The notes beneath the pieces are model-generated. The model did no database searches. It had not been told where the DNA came from and was given only the letters and a program-made list of their open reading frames with translations. This document shows, piece by piece, positions 12,640 to 24,639 of a DNA stretch of 64,000 nucleotides. The position numbers and the translations under genes were made by a program. Positions within the stretch are counted from its first letter, which is position 1, and every line of letters begins with the position of its first letter. Source of the DNA: Eledone cirrhosa (Eukaryota). Location: the NCBI GenBank assembly GCA_964016885.1, contig OZ024764.1, positions 29,287,983-29,351,982 on the forward strand, given 5' to 3'.

Positions 12640-14598
12640 AATGTTAGGGAGGGCATCCAGCCATAGAAACCCTGTTCCCAGTACACTCTGTAAAGTGGTT
12701 GCTGTTAAGAGCATCCAGCCATAGAAACCCTGTTCCCAGTACACTCTGTAAAGTGGTTGCTGTTAAGAGCATCCAGCCATAGAAACCCTGCTCCCAGTAC
12801 ACTCTGTAAAATGGTTGCTGTTAGGAAGGACATCCAGCTATAGAAACCCTGCTCCCAGTACACTCTGTAAAGTGGTTGCTGTTAAGAGCATCCAGCCATA
12901 GAAACCCTGCTCCCAGTACACTCTGTAAAATGGTTGCTGTTAGGAAGGACATCCAGCCATAGAAACCCTGCTCCCAGTACACTCTGTAAAATGGTTGCTG
13001 TTAGGAAGGACATCCAGCTATAGAAACCCTGCTCCTAGTACACTCTGTAAAGTGGTTGCTGTTAGGAAGGACATCCAGCCATAGAAACCCTGCTCCCAGT
13101 ACACTCTGTAAAGTGGTGTTGCTGTTAAAGGCATCCAGCTATAGAAACGCTGCTCCCAGTACACTCTGTAAAGTGGTGTTGCTGTTAAAGGCATCCAGCT
13201 ATAGAAACGCTGCTCCCAGTACACTCTGTAAAGTGGTTGCTGTTAAGAGCATCCAGCCATAGAAACCCTGCTCCCAGTACACTCTGTAAAATGGTTGCTG
13301 TTAGGAAGGACATCCAGCTATAGAAACCCTGCTCCCAGTACACTCTGTAAAGTGGTTGCTGTTAAGAGCATCCAGCCATAGAAACCCTGCTCCCAGTACA
13401 CTCTGTAAAATGGTTGCTGTTAGGAAGGACATCCAGCTATAGAAACCCTGCTCCCAGTACACTCTGTAAAGTGGTTGCTGTTAAGAGCATCCAGCCATAG
13501 AAACCCTGCTCCCAGTACACTCTGTAAAATGGTTGCTGTTAGGAAGGACATCCAGCTATAGAAACCCTGCTCCTAGTACACTCTGTAAAGTGGTTGCTGT
13601 TAGGAAGGACATCCAGCCATAGAAACCCTGCTCCCAGTACACTCTGTAAAGTGGTGTTGCTGTTAAAGGCATCCAGCTATAGAAACGCTGCTCCCAGTAC
13701 ACTCTGTAAAGTGGTGTTGCTGTTAAAGGCATCCAGCTATAGAAACGCTGCTCCCAGTACACTCTGTAAAGTGGTGTTGCTGTTAAAGGCATCCAGCTAT
13801 AGAAACGCTGCTCCCAGTACACTCTGTAAAGTGGTTGCTGTTAAGAGCATCCAGCTATAGAAACGCTGCTCCCAGTACACTCTGTAAAGTGGTGTTGCTG
13901 TTAAGAGCATTCAGTTATAGAAACGCTGCTCCCAGTACACTCTGTAAAGTGGTGTTGCTGTTAAGAGCATTCAGCTATAGAAACCCTGCTCCCAGTACAC
14001 TCTGTAAAGTGGTGTTGGTGTTAAGGGCATCCACTTATAGAAACCCTGCTCCCAGTACACTCTGTAAAGTGGTGTTTGTGTTAAGGGCATCCAGCTATAG
14101 AAACCCTGCTCCCAGTACACTCTGTAAAGTGGTGTTGCTGTTAAGGGCATTCAGCTATAGAAACCCTGCTCCCAGTACACTCTGTAAAGTGGTGTTGGTG
14201 TTAGGAGCATTCAGCTATAGAAACCCTGCTCCCAGTACACTCTGTAAAGTGGTGTTGCTGTTAAGAGCATTCAGCTATAGAAACCCTGCTCCCAGTACAC
14301 TCTGTAAAGTGGTGTTGCTGTTAAGGGCATTCAGCTATAGAAACCCTGCTCCCAGTACACTCTGTAAAGTGGTGTTGGTGTTAAGGGCATCCAGCTATAG
14401 AAACCCTGCTCCCAGTACACTCTGTAAAGTGGTGTTGCTGTTAAGGGCATTCAGCTATAGAAACCCTGCTCCCAGTACACTCTGTAAAGTGGTGTTGGTG
14501 TTAAGGGCATCCAGCTATAGAAACCCTGCTCCCAGTACACTCTGTAAAGTGGTGTTGGTGTTAGGAAGGGCAACAAGCTGTAGAAACCCTGCTCCCAT
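12640..14598. repeat. 58-60-bp SINE-derived minisatellite (~33 copies)
   Basis: catccagctatagaaaccctgctcccagtacactctgtaaagtggttgctgttaggaagg; contains the SINE family 2 motif TGTTAGGAAGGGCATCCAGC. Confidence 0.95.
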
Positions 14599-14681
14599 AC
14601 ATTAGTCAATACCAGTCGGTCAGACAGACAGAACAATATTAAATACATAGATACATAAATAAATGAATGCCATCAACTCAC

Positions 14682-14823
14682 TTTTGGATTCAGGATCCTC
14701 CTGCGTAGTAGTGTCATTTAAGAAATTTTCATGGGCCCTTCTATAATAAGACATTGTACCTTCAGATAAAACCCCTTTTTTACTTCTGGGTTTACTGTCT
14801 TTGGCAGATTTGGTAAGAGCCAT
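14682..14823 (-). CDS. NOP9: NOP9-like coding exon 1 (ATG at 14823)
   Basis: ACAATGG start context; MALTKSAKDSKPRSKKGVLSEGTMSYYRRAHENF contains the NOP9-type 'L...T..Y(Y/F)RR' motif; GTGAGT donor, phase 1. Confidence 0.88.
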
Positions 14824-14847
14824 TGTGTCAGTAATAATAATCACACT

Positions 14848-15283
14848 TGTTATTGCTGTAATATCACTATTATATATATGATATATGTATTGTAGTGCTG
14901 GTGATACTATTATTATTATCTGTTATTGCTGTAATATCACTATTATATATATGATATATGCATTGTAGTGCTGGTGATACTATTATTATTATCTGTTATT
15001 GCTGTAATATCACTATTATATATATGATATATGTATTGTAGTGCTGGTGATACTATTATTATTATCTGTTATTGCTGTAATATCACTATTATATATATAA
15101 TATATGTATTGTAGTGCTGGTGATACTATTATTATTATCTGTTATTGCTGTAATATCACTATTATATATATAATATATGTATTGTAGTGCTGGTGATACT
15201 ATTATTATTATCTGTTATTGCTGTAATATCACTATTATATATATAATATATGTATTGTAGTGCTGGTGATACTATTATTATCT
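14848..15283. repeat. 73-bp tandem repeat (6 copies) immediately upstream of the NOP9 ATG
   Basis: tgttattgctgtaatatcac starts at 14848, 14921, 14994 and onward. Confidence 0.95.
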
Positions 15284-15437
15284 GAATTAATGAAGGTCCA
15301 GAGAAAGGAGGATGTGTTTACTTGCTTACACTGGATTTCTGAAAGAAAAAGAAAAACAATATATATATATAGATTAATGAAGTAATTCAGTCGGAAAGCT
15401 CCAGGAAAAAAGAGTGCTCTATGTAGGTTAGAGCTTA

Positions 15438-15658
15438 ATAGTTATGTAATAAACAACATAAGGCAATTATTTCATTTACCAGTGGTTTCTTAAAAGCAAA
15501 CAAAAAATCCTGGTGTATTTATTGACGTTGGATTAAATCCAATGTCAATAAATACACCAGGATTTTTTCATTCTGATGATTGAAAGCAAAATTTGTTTGC
15601 TTTCAAGAAACCACTGGTAAATGAAATAATTGCCTTATGTTGTTTATTACATAACTAT
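15438..15658. repeat. Long foldback (inverted repeat)
   Basis: atagttatgtaataaacaacataaggcaattatttcatttaccagtggtttctt pairs with aagaaaccactggtaaatgaaataattgccttatgttgtttattacataactat; inner hairpin centred near 15535. Confidence 0.9.
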
Positions 15659-15721
15659 ATATAGAGATAGATAGATAGATACAGTCACACACACTCACAC
15701 AAATATATATATAATAAAAAT

Positions 15722-16200
15722 AATTGTTCCTACCTTTGGCACAAGGCCAGCAATTATCCCAGTGTATTACTGGTACTTTATTTTATCGACCCCGTAAGGA
15801 TGAAAGGCAAAGTTAACCTCGGCGGGATTTGAACTCAGAATGGCAAGGGCCATAACTCTATGCATCAAAGCATGGCGTCCGACCCTTTACCGATACTGTC
15901 AATCCAACGCCCTTATATTAATAATAACACATAATAATAATAATAATAACAACACCAACAACAACAACGATAATAATTGTTTCTACTTTAGGCACAAGGC
16001 CAGCAATTACCCAGTGCATTACTGGTACTTTAATAATAATTGTTTCTACTTTAGGCACAAGGCCAGCAATTACCCAGTGCATTACTGGTACTATATTTTA
16101 TCAACAATAATAATAATAATTGTTTCTACTTTAGGCACAAGGCCAGCAATTACCCAGTGCATTACTGGTACTTTATTTTATCGACCCCGTAAGGATGAAA
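15722..16200 (-). mobile_element. SINE family 1 copy followed by three tandem tail fragments
   Basis: Full copy 15722-15912; repeated ttgtttctactttaggcacaaggccagcaattacccagtgcattactggtac. Confidence 0.85.
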
Positions 16201-16979
16201 CGAAAGACAGTTACTTTAGACCATCCCAATTTATTTTATTATATGTATTTTGAAGATGCAAGGCTTATGTAAAACATAAGCCAAAAGATGTTCTCATCAG
16301 ACAAAATCCACTGGAGAGGTAGAAAACATTTGACATGCAGGTGGTCATATATATATATATATATATATATATTTTAAAATATAGAAGAGCTTCTATATTA
16401 AAACATTTATACTCTGCTATGTATTGAGTACCTTACTTACTGTGGTTACCTCCGATTCAACCCGGAATAATATATATATATAGAGAGAGAGAGAGTGAGA
16501 GAGAGGGAGAGAGGGAGGGAGAGAGATAGATACACACACACAGATATATATATATTTATTATAAGAACAGATTAAATTTGAAGCAAAGAATCACTGCTTT
16601 CACCCTTAACAGGATCTTCTGAAACTATGGGTTTTTATATATATATATAATCCTTATCGAGCCCTCTTCGGATTTTAGTCGTCACATTTATTATTACTAT
16701 ATATATAAAGTACCAGTAATATACTGGGTAATTGCTGGCCTTGTGCCTAAAATAGAAACAATTATTACTATATATATATACAGTCACACACGTAAATTAC
16801 ATATACATATGTGTGTATATATGTCCAAAATTAAATTAAGGGTTGTCAGGTCTGAGAGACATGCGCCATATCCACTGTAGAATAAGCTCAAAGATTCCAA
16901 TGAATAGATCCGAGCATTTCATATCAACTAGAAACAGACTAACATCACTCTGATTGTTCCATATGTTTATTTTATATAT

Positions 16980-17322
16980 CATCATCATCATCATTTCATT
17001 TTACGTCTGCTTTTTCCCTGCTTGCAAGGGTGGGACGGGAACTGATTCTGGCTTGATTTCTACAGCTGGATGCCCTTCCTAACACCAACCTCATTTACAG
17101 TGAGTGCTGGGTGCTTTTTTTACCGTGGCACCTGCACGACCACTTAGCAGTGGAATGATATGGACCCCAGTCCCTATCATCTCATTTCTACAGCTGAGCA
17201 AACTGGAGCAATGTGAAATAAAGTGTCTTGCTCAAGGAAACAACACATCACCCGGTCTGAGAATTGAACTCAACCTTTCGATTGCAAGGCCAATGCTCTA
17301 ACCACTAAGCCATGTGCCTCCA
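16980..17322 (-). mobile_element. SINE family 2 (tRNA head, CORE/V-like TCCTTGAGCAAGACACTT domain, RTE-like tail)
   Basis: Minus: GGAGGCACATGGCTTAGTGGTTAGAGC...GAGTTCAATTCTC...TGTTAGGAAGGGCATCCAGCTGTAGAAA...GACGTAAAATGAAATGATGATG. Confidence 0.9.
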
Positions 17323-17521
17323 TTATATATATATGTCAATCTGTTTCTAGTTGATATGTGTGTATATGTATATATATATATATATATAAAATTAAGAAAA
17401 TTAACAGAGAAGACAAGACAACGAATGGAAACAAACCAAAAGATTTTTTATCGACAACCTTAAAAAATAATTCTTAATAAAAATATTTCTTTATTTAACA
17501 TACATATATACATATATAGAT

Positions 17522-17556
<35 letters not shown>

Positions 17557-17649
17557 AATAAATACACACCTACATATATGTGAAGTCTCACTTCACACTG
17601 TAAACCGGACATACATCCAGTCCTTTTCTCTTCAACCTGTCTTTTCTTA

Positions 17650-17684
17650 TCTGTTTACCCGGGCGAAGCTGGGTACGCCAGCTA

Positions 17685-17686
<2 letters not shown>
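17650..17686 (+). mobile_element. Helentron/HINE-like terminus
   Basis: acccgggcgaagctgggtacgccagctagt: short hairpin followed by CTAGT, abutting (TA)n. Confidence 0.45.
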
Positions 17687-17738
<52 letters not shown>

Positions 17739-18230
17739 TTATTTGTGTTCCATCGGAGGGGCACCGTCACCAATGCTACACCTCCTATATACATAATATT
17801 TGTAAATCGATCTTTAACTGCAGTACAGCAAGTACAATTTGATTTGTTTTGAGGCGATCACAGAACACTCAATGTATCGAAAGTTAAAAACAAACATTAA
17901 GTCCAGAGTTAAACACCGTAGTTATAAAATGTGATACCAAGAGAACCGACCGAAGACACAAAATAATGATATATATAGTTCTCAATTCACATTGCGTGCA
18001 GGTTGTATTACTAACGAAAGCAAAATCACGGACAAAAACAACCGCTTTTAATTTACTTGCTATAATGAACTTTCTTGACAATATATATGAGTAAATATAC
18101 AAATATCTAAATAATATATTTATATACATACAGTTGAATGGTGTATGATGTTGGCAAAATCATCATCATTATAATAATGTAGAAACGAAGATTCTGTGAG
18201 AGACAGGTTCGTCGTAGTTTTCTGGTTTCG

Positions 18231-18275
<45 letters not shown>

Positions 18276-18949
18276 ATTTATTATAGAAATGGGGCCTACA
18301 GGACTAGGATTGTTTCATTCGAAGGTGTATATATACGCAGAAAGAGTAAATAAGAGTTGTTAATTAAAGAAAAAACATGTGCTTGGATACCAAACTACCG
18401 GAAATACACGTTTTGATACATATGATTACCTATTTCCAGCCACAGTTTCGAACTCAAATATATTTTCTGGTTTCTAATAAACGTGCTTTATTGAGTTTAT
18501 TCGTTTCTCAGATCCTCCCACCCGTCTACTAAAATTTTCTGTACTATCTGCAGCGAACTTTTATTTTACGTGGTAGAATTCCTGCGACAATTAATTTTCT
18601 TTAGACATTAAAAAAACATTATACATGAGAAATAAGTACATTACTAGAAATCCCATTCGGTGTAAAATAAATAGGATGGGTTTGGGTCTCAATATGTAAA
18701 CTAAACGACTAATTCTATTTTTTTTTTAAATCAACAGGATCAACTTAGAAAAATTACAGATTTGTTAACCCTCTCACCGCTTATTCCAACACCTCTCCTC
18801 TTATTTGGGAACCGAGAGTACTTAAAATATTTATGGATGATATATATATATATTTAACATCCATTTTCCTAGCATGGGTTAGACGGGTTGGCCTATTTGA
18901 CGCAGGTTGAAGTCGGATGACCATAGCTTGCTTAGGTAGATGTATAGAA

Positions 18950-19126
18950 TTTCTACTTTGGGCACAAGACGAGCAATTATCGCAGTGTATTACTGGTACT
19001 TTATTTTATCGACCCCCGTAAGGATGAAAGGCAAAGATAACGTCGGCGGGACTTGAACTCAGATCATAAAGGGCCGTAACTCTATGCTGCAAAGCATGGC
19101 GTCCGACCTTCTACCGATACTGCCAA
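18950..19126 (-). mobile_element. SINE family 1
   Basis: Centre and B-box motifs present. Confidence 0.85.
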
Positions 19127-19424
19127 TAGAATAACGTTCCACCTTGCTGTTCATATATATTACTGTTACACATCCATCGAAGCATGGAAGCTTCATTTAT
19201 TTCCAATCCTCACAGGTCCTCTGCACACAGTGCCCAGGTCTCATGGTACATCATAGAATCTGCTTTTTATCTTGAGGAAAAAAAACCTTTGTAGCTAGCA
19301 GCGGTAGTAGCTCTTTGAACTTTCTCCATCTCGTTCTCATTCTGACTACTGTACTTTTGGAACACCCATCTCCACTGCTAATTTGGTCACCCATGTATAC
19401 ACACACACATATATATATATATAT

Positions 19425-19627
19425 TGTTACACTTTGGGAGGGTCATATTGTTGTAATAATATTGCCAGAAATGATAACAGAACACACTCACTGTTTGCCA
19501 ATAGAATAACGAAGCGATGTATAGTACTGAACCATCTTTTTGTCCTTTTAGTTCACCCGAGTGTCCGTCTATTCCCTCTCCTATGCTATGGGCTGGAAAC
19601 ACCGTATGTCAATACGGCACCCTAACA
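19425..19627 (+). mobile_element. Solo-LTR-like dispersed repeat (TGTTA...TAACA)
   Basis: 203-bp unit with inverted TG..CA ends next to (TA)n; first ~70 bp recur inverted at 54780-54852 and 58128-58198. Confidence 0.55.
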
Positions 19628-20659
19628 ACTCCCTCAAGAGTTACGTGACCAGGCTATCCCATATATAGACACGTACTTACATATGCAATCATGTTTTGTT
19701 TTTTTTATGAATGTTTCTACAAACAGAATATTGTTCTCTATTCGTTTAGACAGTTAGTGGTGTCGGGTTTAAGAAAGGTTTCGCTGTTATTTCTAGCAGG
19801 GTGGGGCCCACATAGTGGTTTCTTCATCGATCCGTAATTGATGTTTTGTTCGGTAATAATTGTTTCTACTTTTTGGCACACACAAGGCCAGCAATTACCC
19901 AGTGCAATTGTTCGGTAATAATGTTACATTTATCATCGATTGGACCCGATTGAAACCAGTCCTGGTGATATGAAATGACACAAGGAACTTTTAACGTATG
20001 TCATTGGTGCTATTCACTGAAGGAAAATATAAAATATTGTCAACAGGACCGTTAACCCGCGATCTTAATTATAACTTAATCCAATTATATCTTGTGTAGC
20101 AATTATTTGATATTGAGGTGAACATTAACGTTTTGTAGATAACATAAGGTGAGCTACATGTTTCAGGGTAGGTGTTCCATCACCTACATGATTAAATATT
20201 TCATCAGAAACTACGCTACGTCGTGAATTGGTTGTTCCTCTTTTTACAGGGCTGAGAGAAATAGGTTTAAATCACCAACATCTGAACTTACCTTTCCTGG
20301 TCCTTCTTGACTTTACACTTGGACTTGAAATATAAAGTATGTATTGTTAACACAGCAGATATTGTGTACTTTTCTACACTCTGTGGTGAACAATCCTGCT
20401 TTATTAAGTTTATACACATTCACACATTTAATATATATGTAGTGACCTACATTCCGCGGGCTCATATACATTCTCTGTGCGTGATTTGGCTCAGCTCAGC
20501 CAATCAACGCCAGACACACATATATATAACATTGCAAATTGCTCGCAATTCTCTCAAAAGACATTACATATATATGTTGTTGATTAACACATATAACAAA
20601 TACAATTAACTATTGCTAGGAACCTCATGGAAACAACACACCAAAATATATGAATTACT

Positions 20660-21767
20660 ATGGAGGAAGTTAAACACTTGGACATTTCTAACACACCTGT
20701 TTCTCCCAATATGGATACAGTTACACAAACATACAGTGATGAGAAACCTTTACCTAGTGAAACATGTACTGAACAAGGATCATTACACAGAATTATTGCT
20801 GAATATAGCTGTGAGTTTTGTAGGAAAACTTTCTCTTCGGAAGATGAAGTCTTCACACATAAAGAGACACACACCAGGGAAAAACCGTTCCATTGTGAAA
20901 TATGTGGGAAATTTTTTCTTAGAAATTCCTATCTTGTAGTTCACACACACACACACTGGAGAAAAACATGTTCACTGTGAAATATGTGGGAAATCTTTTG
21001 TAAAAAAACAGTGTCTGAAATACTCACATACAAACACACACTGGAGAAAAACCCTATCACTGTGAAATATGTGGGAGACCTTTTGCCCGTGACAATACTT
21101 TAACAAAACACATTCGAACACACACTGGAGAAAAACCCTATCACTGTGAAATATGTGGGAGACCTTTTGCCCGTGACAATACTTTAACAAAACACATTCG
21201 AACACACACTGGAGAAAAACCCTATCACTGTGAAATATGTGGGAGACCTTTTGCCCGTGACAATACTTTAACAAAACACATTCGAACACACACTGGAGAA
21301 AAACCCTATCACTGTGAAATATGTGGGAGACCTTTTTGCCCGTGACAATACTTTAACAAAACACATTCGAACACACACTGGAGAAAAACCCTATCATTGT
21401 GAAATATGTGGTAAATATTTTGTCTCTAACAGTGATTTAAATAGACACAAAGGAATACACATTGGAGTGAAACCCTGCCACTGTGAAATATGTGGGAAAT
21501 GCTTTGTACATAAGAGTGCTTTAAAAAAACATATCGGAATACACAGAAGAAAAGCCATGTCATTGTGAAATATGTGGGAAAACGTTCTCTGATAATGCTA
21601 GTCTTCAGGTTCACAACCGGATACACACTGGAGAGAAACCGTACCAATGTGAAATATGTGGGAAATCTTTTTTCTCTATCAGTCACATAAATAGACACAG
21701 ACAAATTCACACTGGAGGGAAACTTTTGAACTGTGAAACCTGTGATATCCTTTTCTTACAAACCTAA
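20660..21767 (+). pseudogene. C2H2 zinc-finger gene (~11 fingers) with four frameshifts; pseudogene or assembly indels
   Basis: CEICG...H...HTGEKP repeats; shifts at the CA run ~20950, AAA ~21019, T run ~21335 and CA ~21542; no internal stop after correction until TAA 21765-21767. Confidence 0.8.
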
Positions 21768-21894
21768 ACTCATTGTCCACAACTAAGAACAAAATGGGTG
21801 AATATTTATCATGGTGAAATATATTAGAAATAATTTTCATCTTATAGTCTACAAATATAATTGTTTCTATTTTTGGCACAAGGCCAGCAATTGT

Positions 21895-22209
21895 AAGAGG
21901 TTTGCCAATGATGGCTGTGACCTCTTCAGGCAGTCTGAATTGGTGTGGAAAGACAGGTACACATGTTGAAGTGTGTTCCACTCTGTTAGTGAGAGCTGAC
22001 CTCAGATCGTTGAAGCTCACTGTATCCTTTAAAACCTCCATGGAACAAACTACCTGCCTGCATCAGTTGTTAGCTGGCGAGACACTGCATCTTTCAAAAC
22101 CTCCATGGAACAAACTACCTGCATCGGTTGTTAGCTGTCGAGACACTGCATCCTTCAAAACCTCCATGCTTCCTGAAATTTGCCAACACTATACCAGATA
22201 TTTCCCCTT

Positions 22210-22246
<37 letters not shown>

Positions 22247-22418
22247 GTGTGTGTGTCTGTATGTGTATATCATGTACACAATAATTTCATTATATCATGA
22301 CTCATACACTGTTCACTTCCCTGACATGTGTACATTATTCTAAGTACTATACATGCACCTTTGATGAGTTGTAGTGCACCCGAGCACTGTACACAATAAT
22401 TTCATTATTATTATTATA
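21895..22418 (+). mobile_element. Decayed CR1/L2-like LINE 3' end
   Basis: PWNKLPASVVSCRDTASFK resembles the 'WN.LP..VV......FK' C-terminus of CR1/L2 ORF2; (att)n tail. Confidence 0.5.
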
Positions 22419-22603
22419 ATGGATTGGCAGTATCGGTAGAGGGTCGGACGTCATGCTTTCTAGCACAGTTACGTCCCTTTACGTTCTGAGTTCAAATCCC
22501 GCCGAGGTTAACTTTGCCTTTCATCCTTACGGGGTCGATAAAATAAAGTACCAGTAATGCACTGAGTAATTGCTGGCCTTGTGCCAAAAGTAGAAACAAT
22601 TAT
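22419..22603 (+). mobile_element. SINE family 1
   Basis: Head, centre and tail motifs. Confidence 0.9.
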
Positions 22604-23024
22604 CTCTCTCTATACTGTCATCCCTCACCATGACAGCCTCCCCGCTCTCCAACACCTTTTCTACCGATACCCTACCCTTTCCCCCAGCACTTCCACTCTT
22701 CTCTGTCTGGCGGAGCTTATTCTGACCCTCAATGGGTTTTTCTGGGGGAGTTTTACCAGCAGGTCTCTGGAGTGACCATGGGAACCAGAATGGTTTTCTA
22801 CTCTCTCTCTCTCTCTCTCTCTCTTTCACTATCTCCTCCTCTTTCACTATTTCCCCTTCTCTCTCTTTCACTGTCTCTCCCTCTCTCTTTCTTTCACTAT
22901 CTCCCCCACCCCCTCTCTCTCTCCCCCTTCCTCTTTCTCTCTCTCTCCCCCTTCCTCTTTCACTATCCCCATTTATCTGTTTCTAACTATCTCTTTCTCT
23001 TTCACTACCCCCCCTCCCAGTTTC

Positions 23025-23150
23025 TGACATGCGCAGTAGAGCAGTACCCCCACTTCCGTCTTCACCGCGTATAGTTATGATAGAAGAAAATATAAATTTT
23101 TTAATATTTCCGAAAGTATTAAAGATGTGAAAGTATTCAATAATGTAAGT
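23025..23150 (+). promoter_or_regulatory. Putative promoter and non-coding first exon of the downstream ZNF gene
   Basis: NRF1-like CATGCGCAGT, ETS-like CACTTCCG, GTAAGT donor at 23145; matching acceptor at 26288-26289. Confidence 0.45.
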
Positions 23151-23466
23151 ATTATGTCTGCTAATATTGTAGACTTACGTTAACACTTCTCACATGAGAA
23201 ATATTGGTTTTTCTTTTTTTCATTATTGGAAATATAAAACGTTATGGTGAACATGTGTAATTTAGCCACCTCTAATTAATTAAAGTCGAAACTATTGTTG
23301 TTGCTAGTCAGACATTGATATTAATTCTATTGTCCAGTACATTGTCTCAAATATCACAGATTAAACAGATTTTATCAATAACGACACAAATCAATAACTT
23401 TAATCTAGATTATTAGCTAAACTACGATGTATTATATAAATATCTGTGTGTCTGTATGTGTATATA

Positions 23467-23514
<48 letters not shown>

Positions 23515-23604
23515 GGAAAAATTTGAACAGGGACAAAACAGAGAGGCAGTACAATAAATGTTTATTAATTTCACGCTCAGGAGAGTGGGGGGGGGTAGGT
23601 GGGG

Positions 23605-23638
23605 GACGACGTTTCGGGCATAAGCCCTTCCTCAGGTG
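23605..23638 (-). ncRNA. Minimal hammerhead-ribozyme motif (Penelope-like element type)
   Basis: Minus: CAC-CTGAGGA-A-GGGC-TTAT-GCCC-GAAACGTC-GT; intact CUGANGA/GAAA/GUC core with a palindromic ACGT stem III; lies in a (TA)n-flanked insert. Confidence 0.65.
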
Positions 23639-23761
23639 AGAAGTGTGTGGGAACAGAGTTCAAAAGGTGTGTAGGGGAGTGGTGGAGAGACATATAGCGA
23701 AAGGAAACGGTGCGAATGAAAAAAAACAAATAAAGATAAACGATTTATATATATATAAACG

Positions 23762-23823
<62 letters not shown>

Positions 23824-24239
23824 CGTTTTAGTATCTGTTTTTGCAAAATATATCTGAAAACGTGTGTTGAAACAGATATTATTTATTATTATATAAAAAT
23901 CTGGTAAATTTAGAGATTTCTCGATTTCAGTGAGAAAAGACAAAAATTGTCCTGCCTCTTTTTTTTTTGAGTGTGCTATCAACTAATCTAATCTTCAAGA
24001 TTCTATCAATCAACCTTTTTTTCATGAGAAGGGAGTGGTGGGGGTGGTTTTCCCTACGATTTTTTTTTCACTTGTTATCAACTAGTAGGCCCTCCAAACC
24101 AGTCAGAAACAATTAGATTTGTAGAAAAAGAAGGGACCAGGGGACAAAACGGCTCAGAATTTCACAGATCTCCACACCTCTCGTGTTGGGTGGGAAATAA
24201 TTTCTTTCCTTATTTTTTTCTGGACCTTTTTCACAACAA

Positions 24240-24633
24240 AAAGCCCCCAGTCCACACTGTAAAGTGGTCATGTAGGTGTCAACAAAAAGTACCCAGTGCA
24301 CACTGTAAAGTGGTCATGTAGGTGTCAACAAAAAGTACCCAGTGCACACTGTAAAGTGGTCATGTAGGTGTCAACAAAAAGCCCCCAGTCCACACTGTAA
24401 AGTGGTCATGTAGGTGTCAACAAAAAGTACCCAGTGCACACTGTAAAATGGTTATGTTGGTGACAACAAAAAGTACCCAGTCCACACTGTAAAGTGGTCA
24501 TGTAGGTGTCAACAAAAAGTACCCAGTGCACACTGTAAAGTGGTTATGTTGGTGACAACAAAAAGTACCCAGTCCACACTGTAAAGTGGTTGTGTAGATG
24601 TCAAGACAAAAAGTACCCAGCCCACACTGTAAC
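24240..24633. repeat. 46-bp SINE-derived minisatellite (~8.5 copies)
   Basis: aaaagtacccagtgcacactgtaaagtggtcatgtaggtgtcaaca. Confidence 0.9.
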
Positions 24634-24639
24634 GTAAAA

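Noticed and set aside
11977-12744. 255-aa ORF as a stand-alone gene
   Set aside because: Only 12024-12599 is exonic; the ends run into minisatellite and intron
18390-18580. NOP9 first exon or promoter
   Set aside because: Only a possible GTAATC donor near 18429 and a few CpGs; too weak to call
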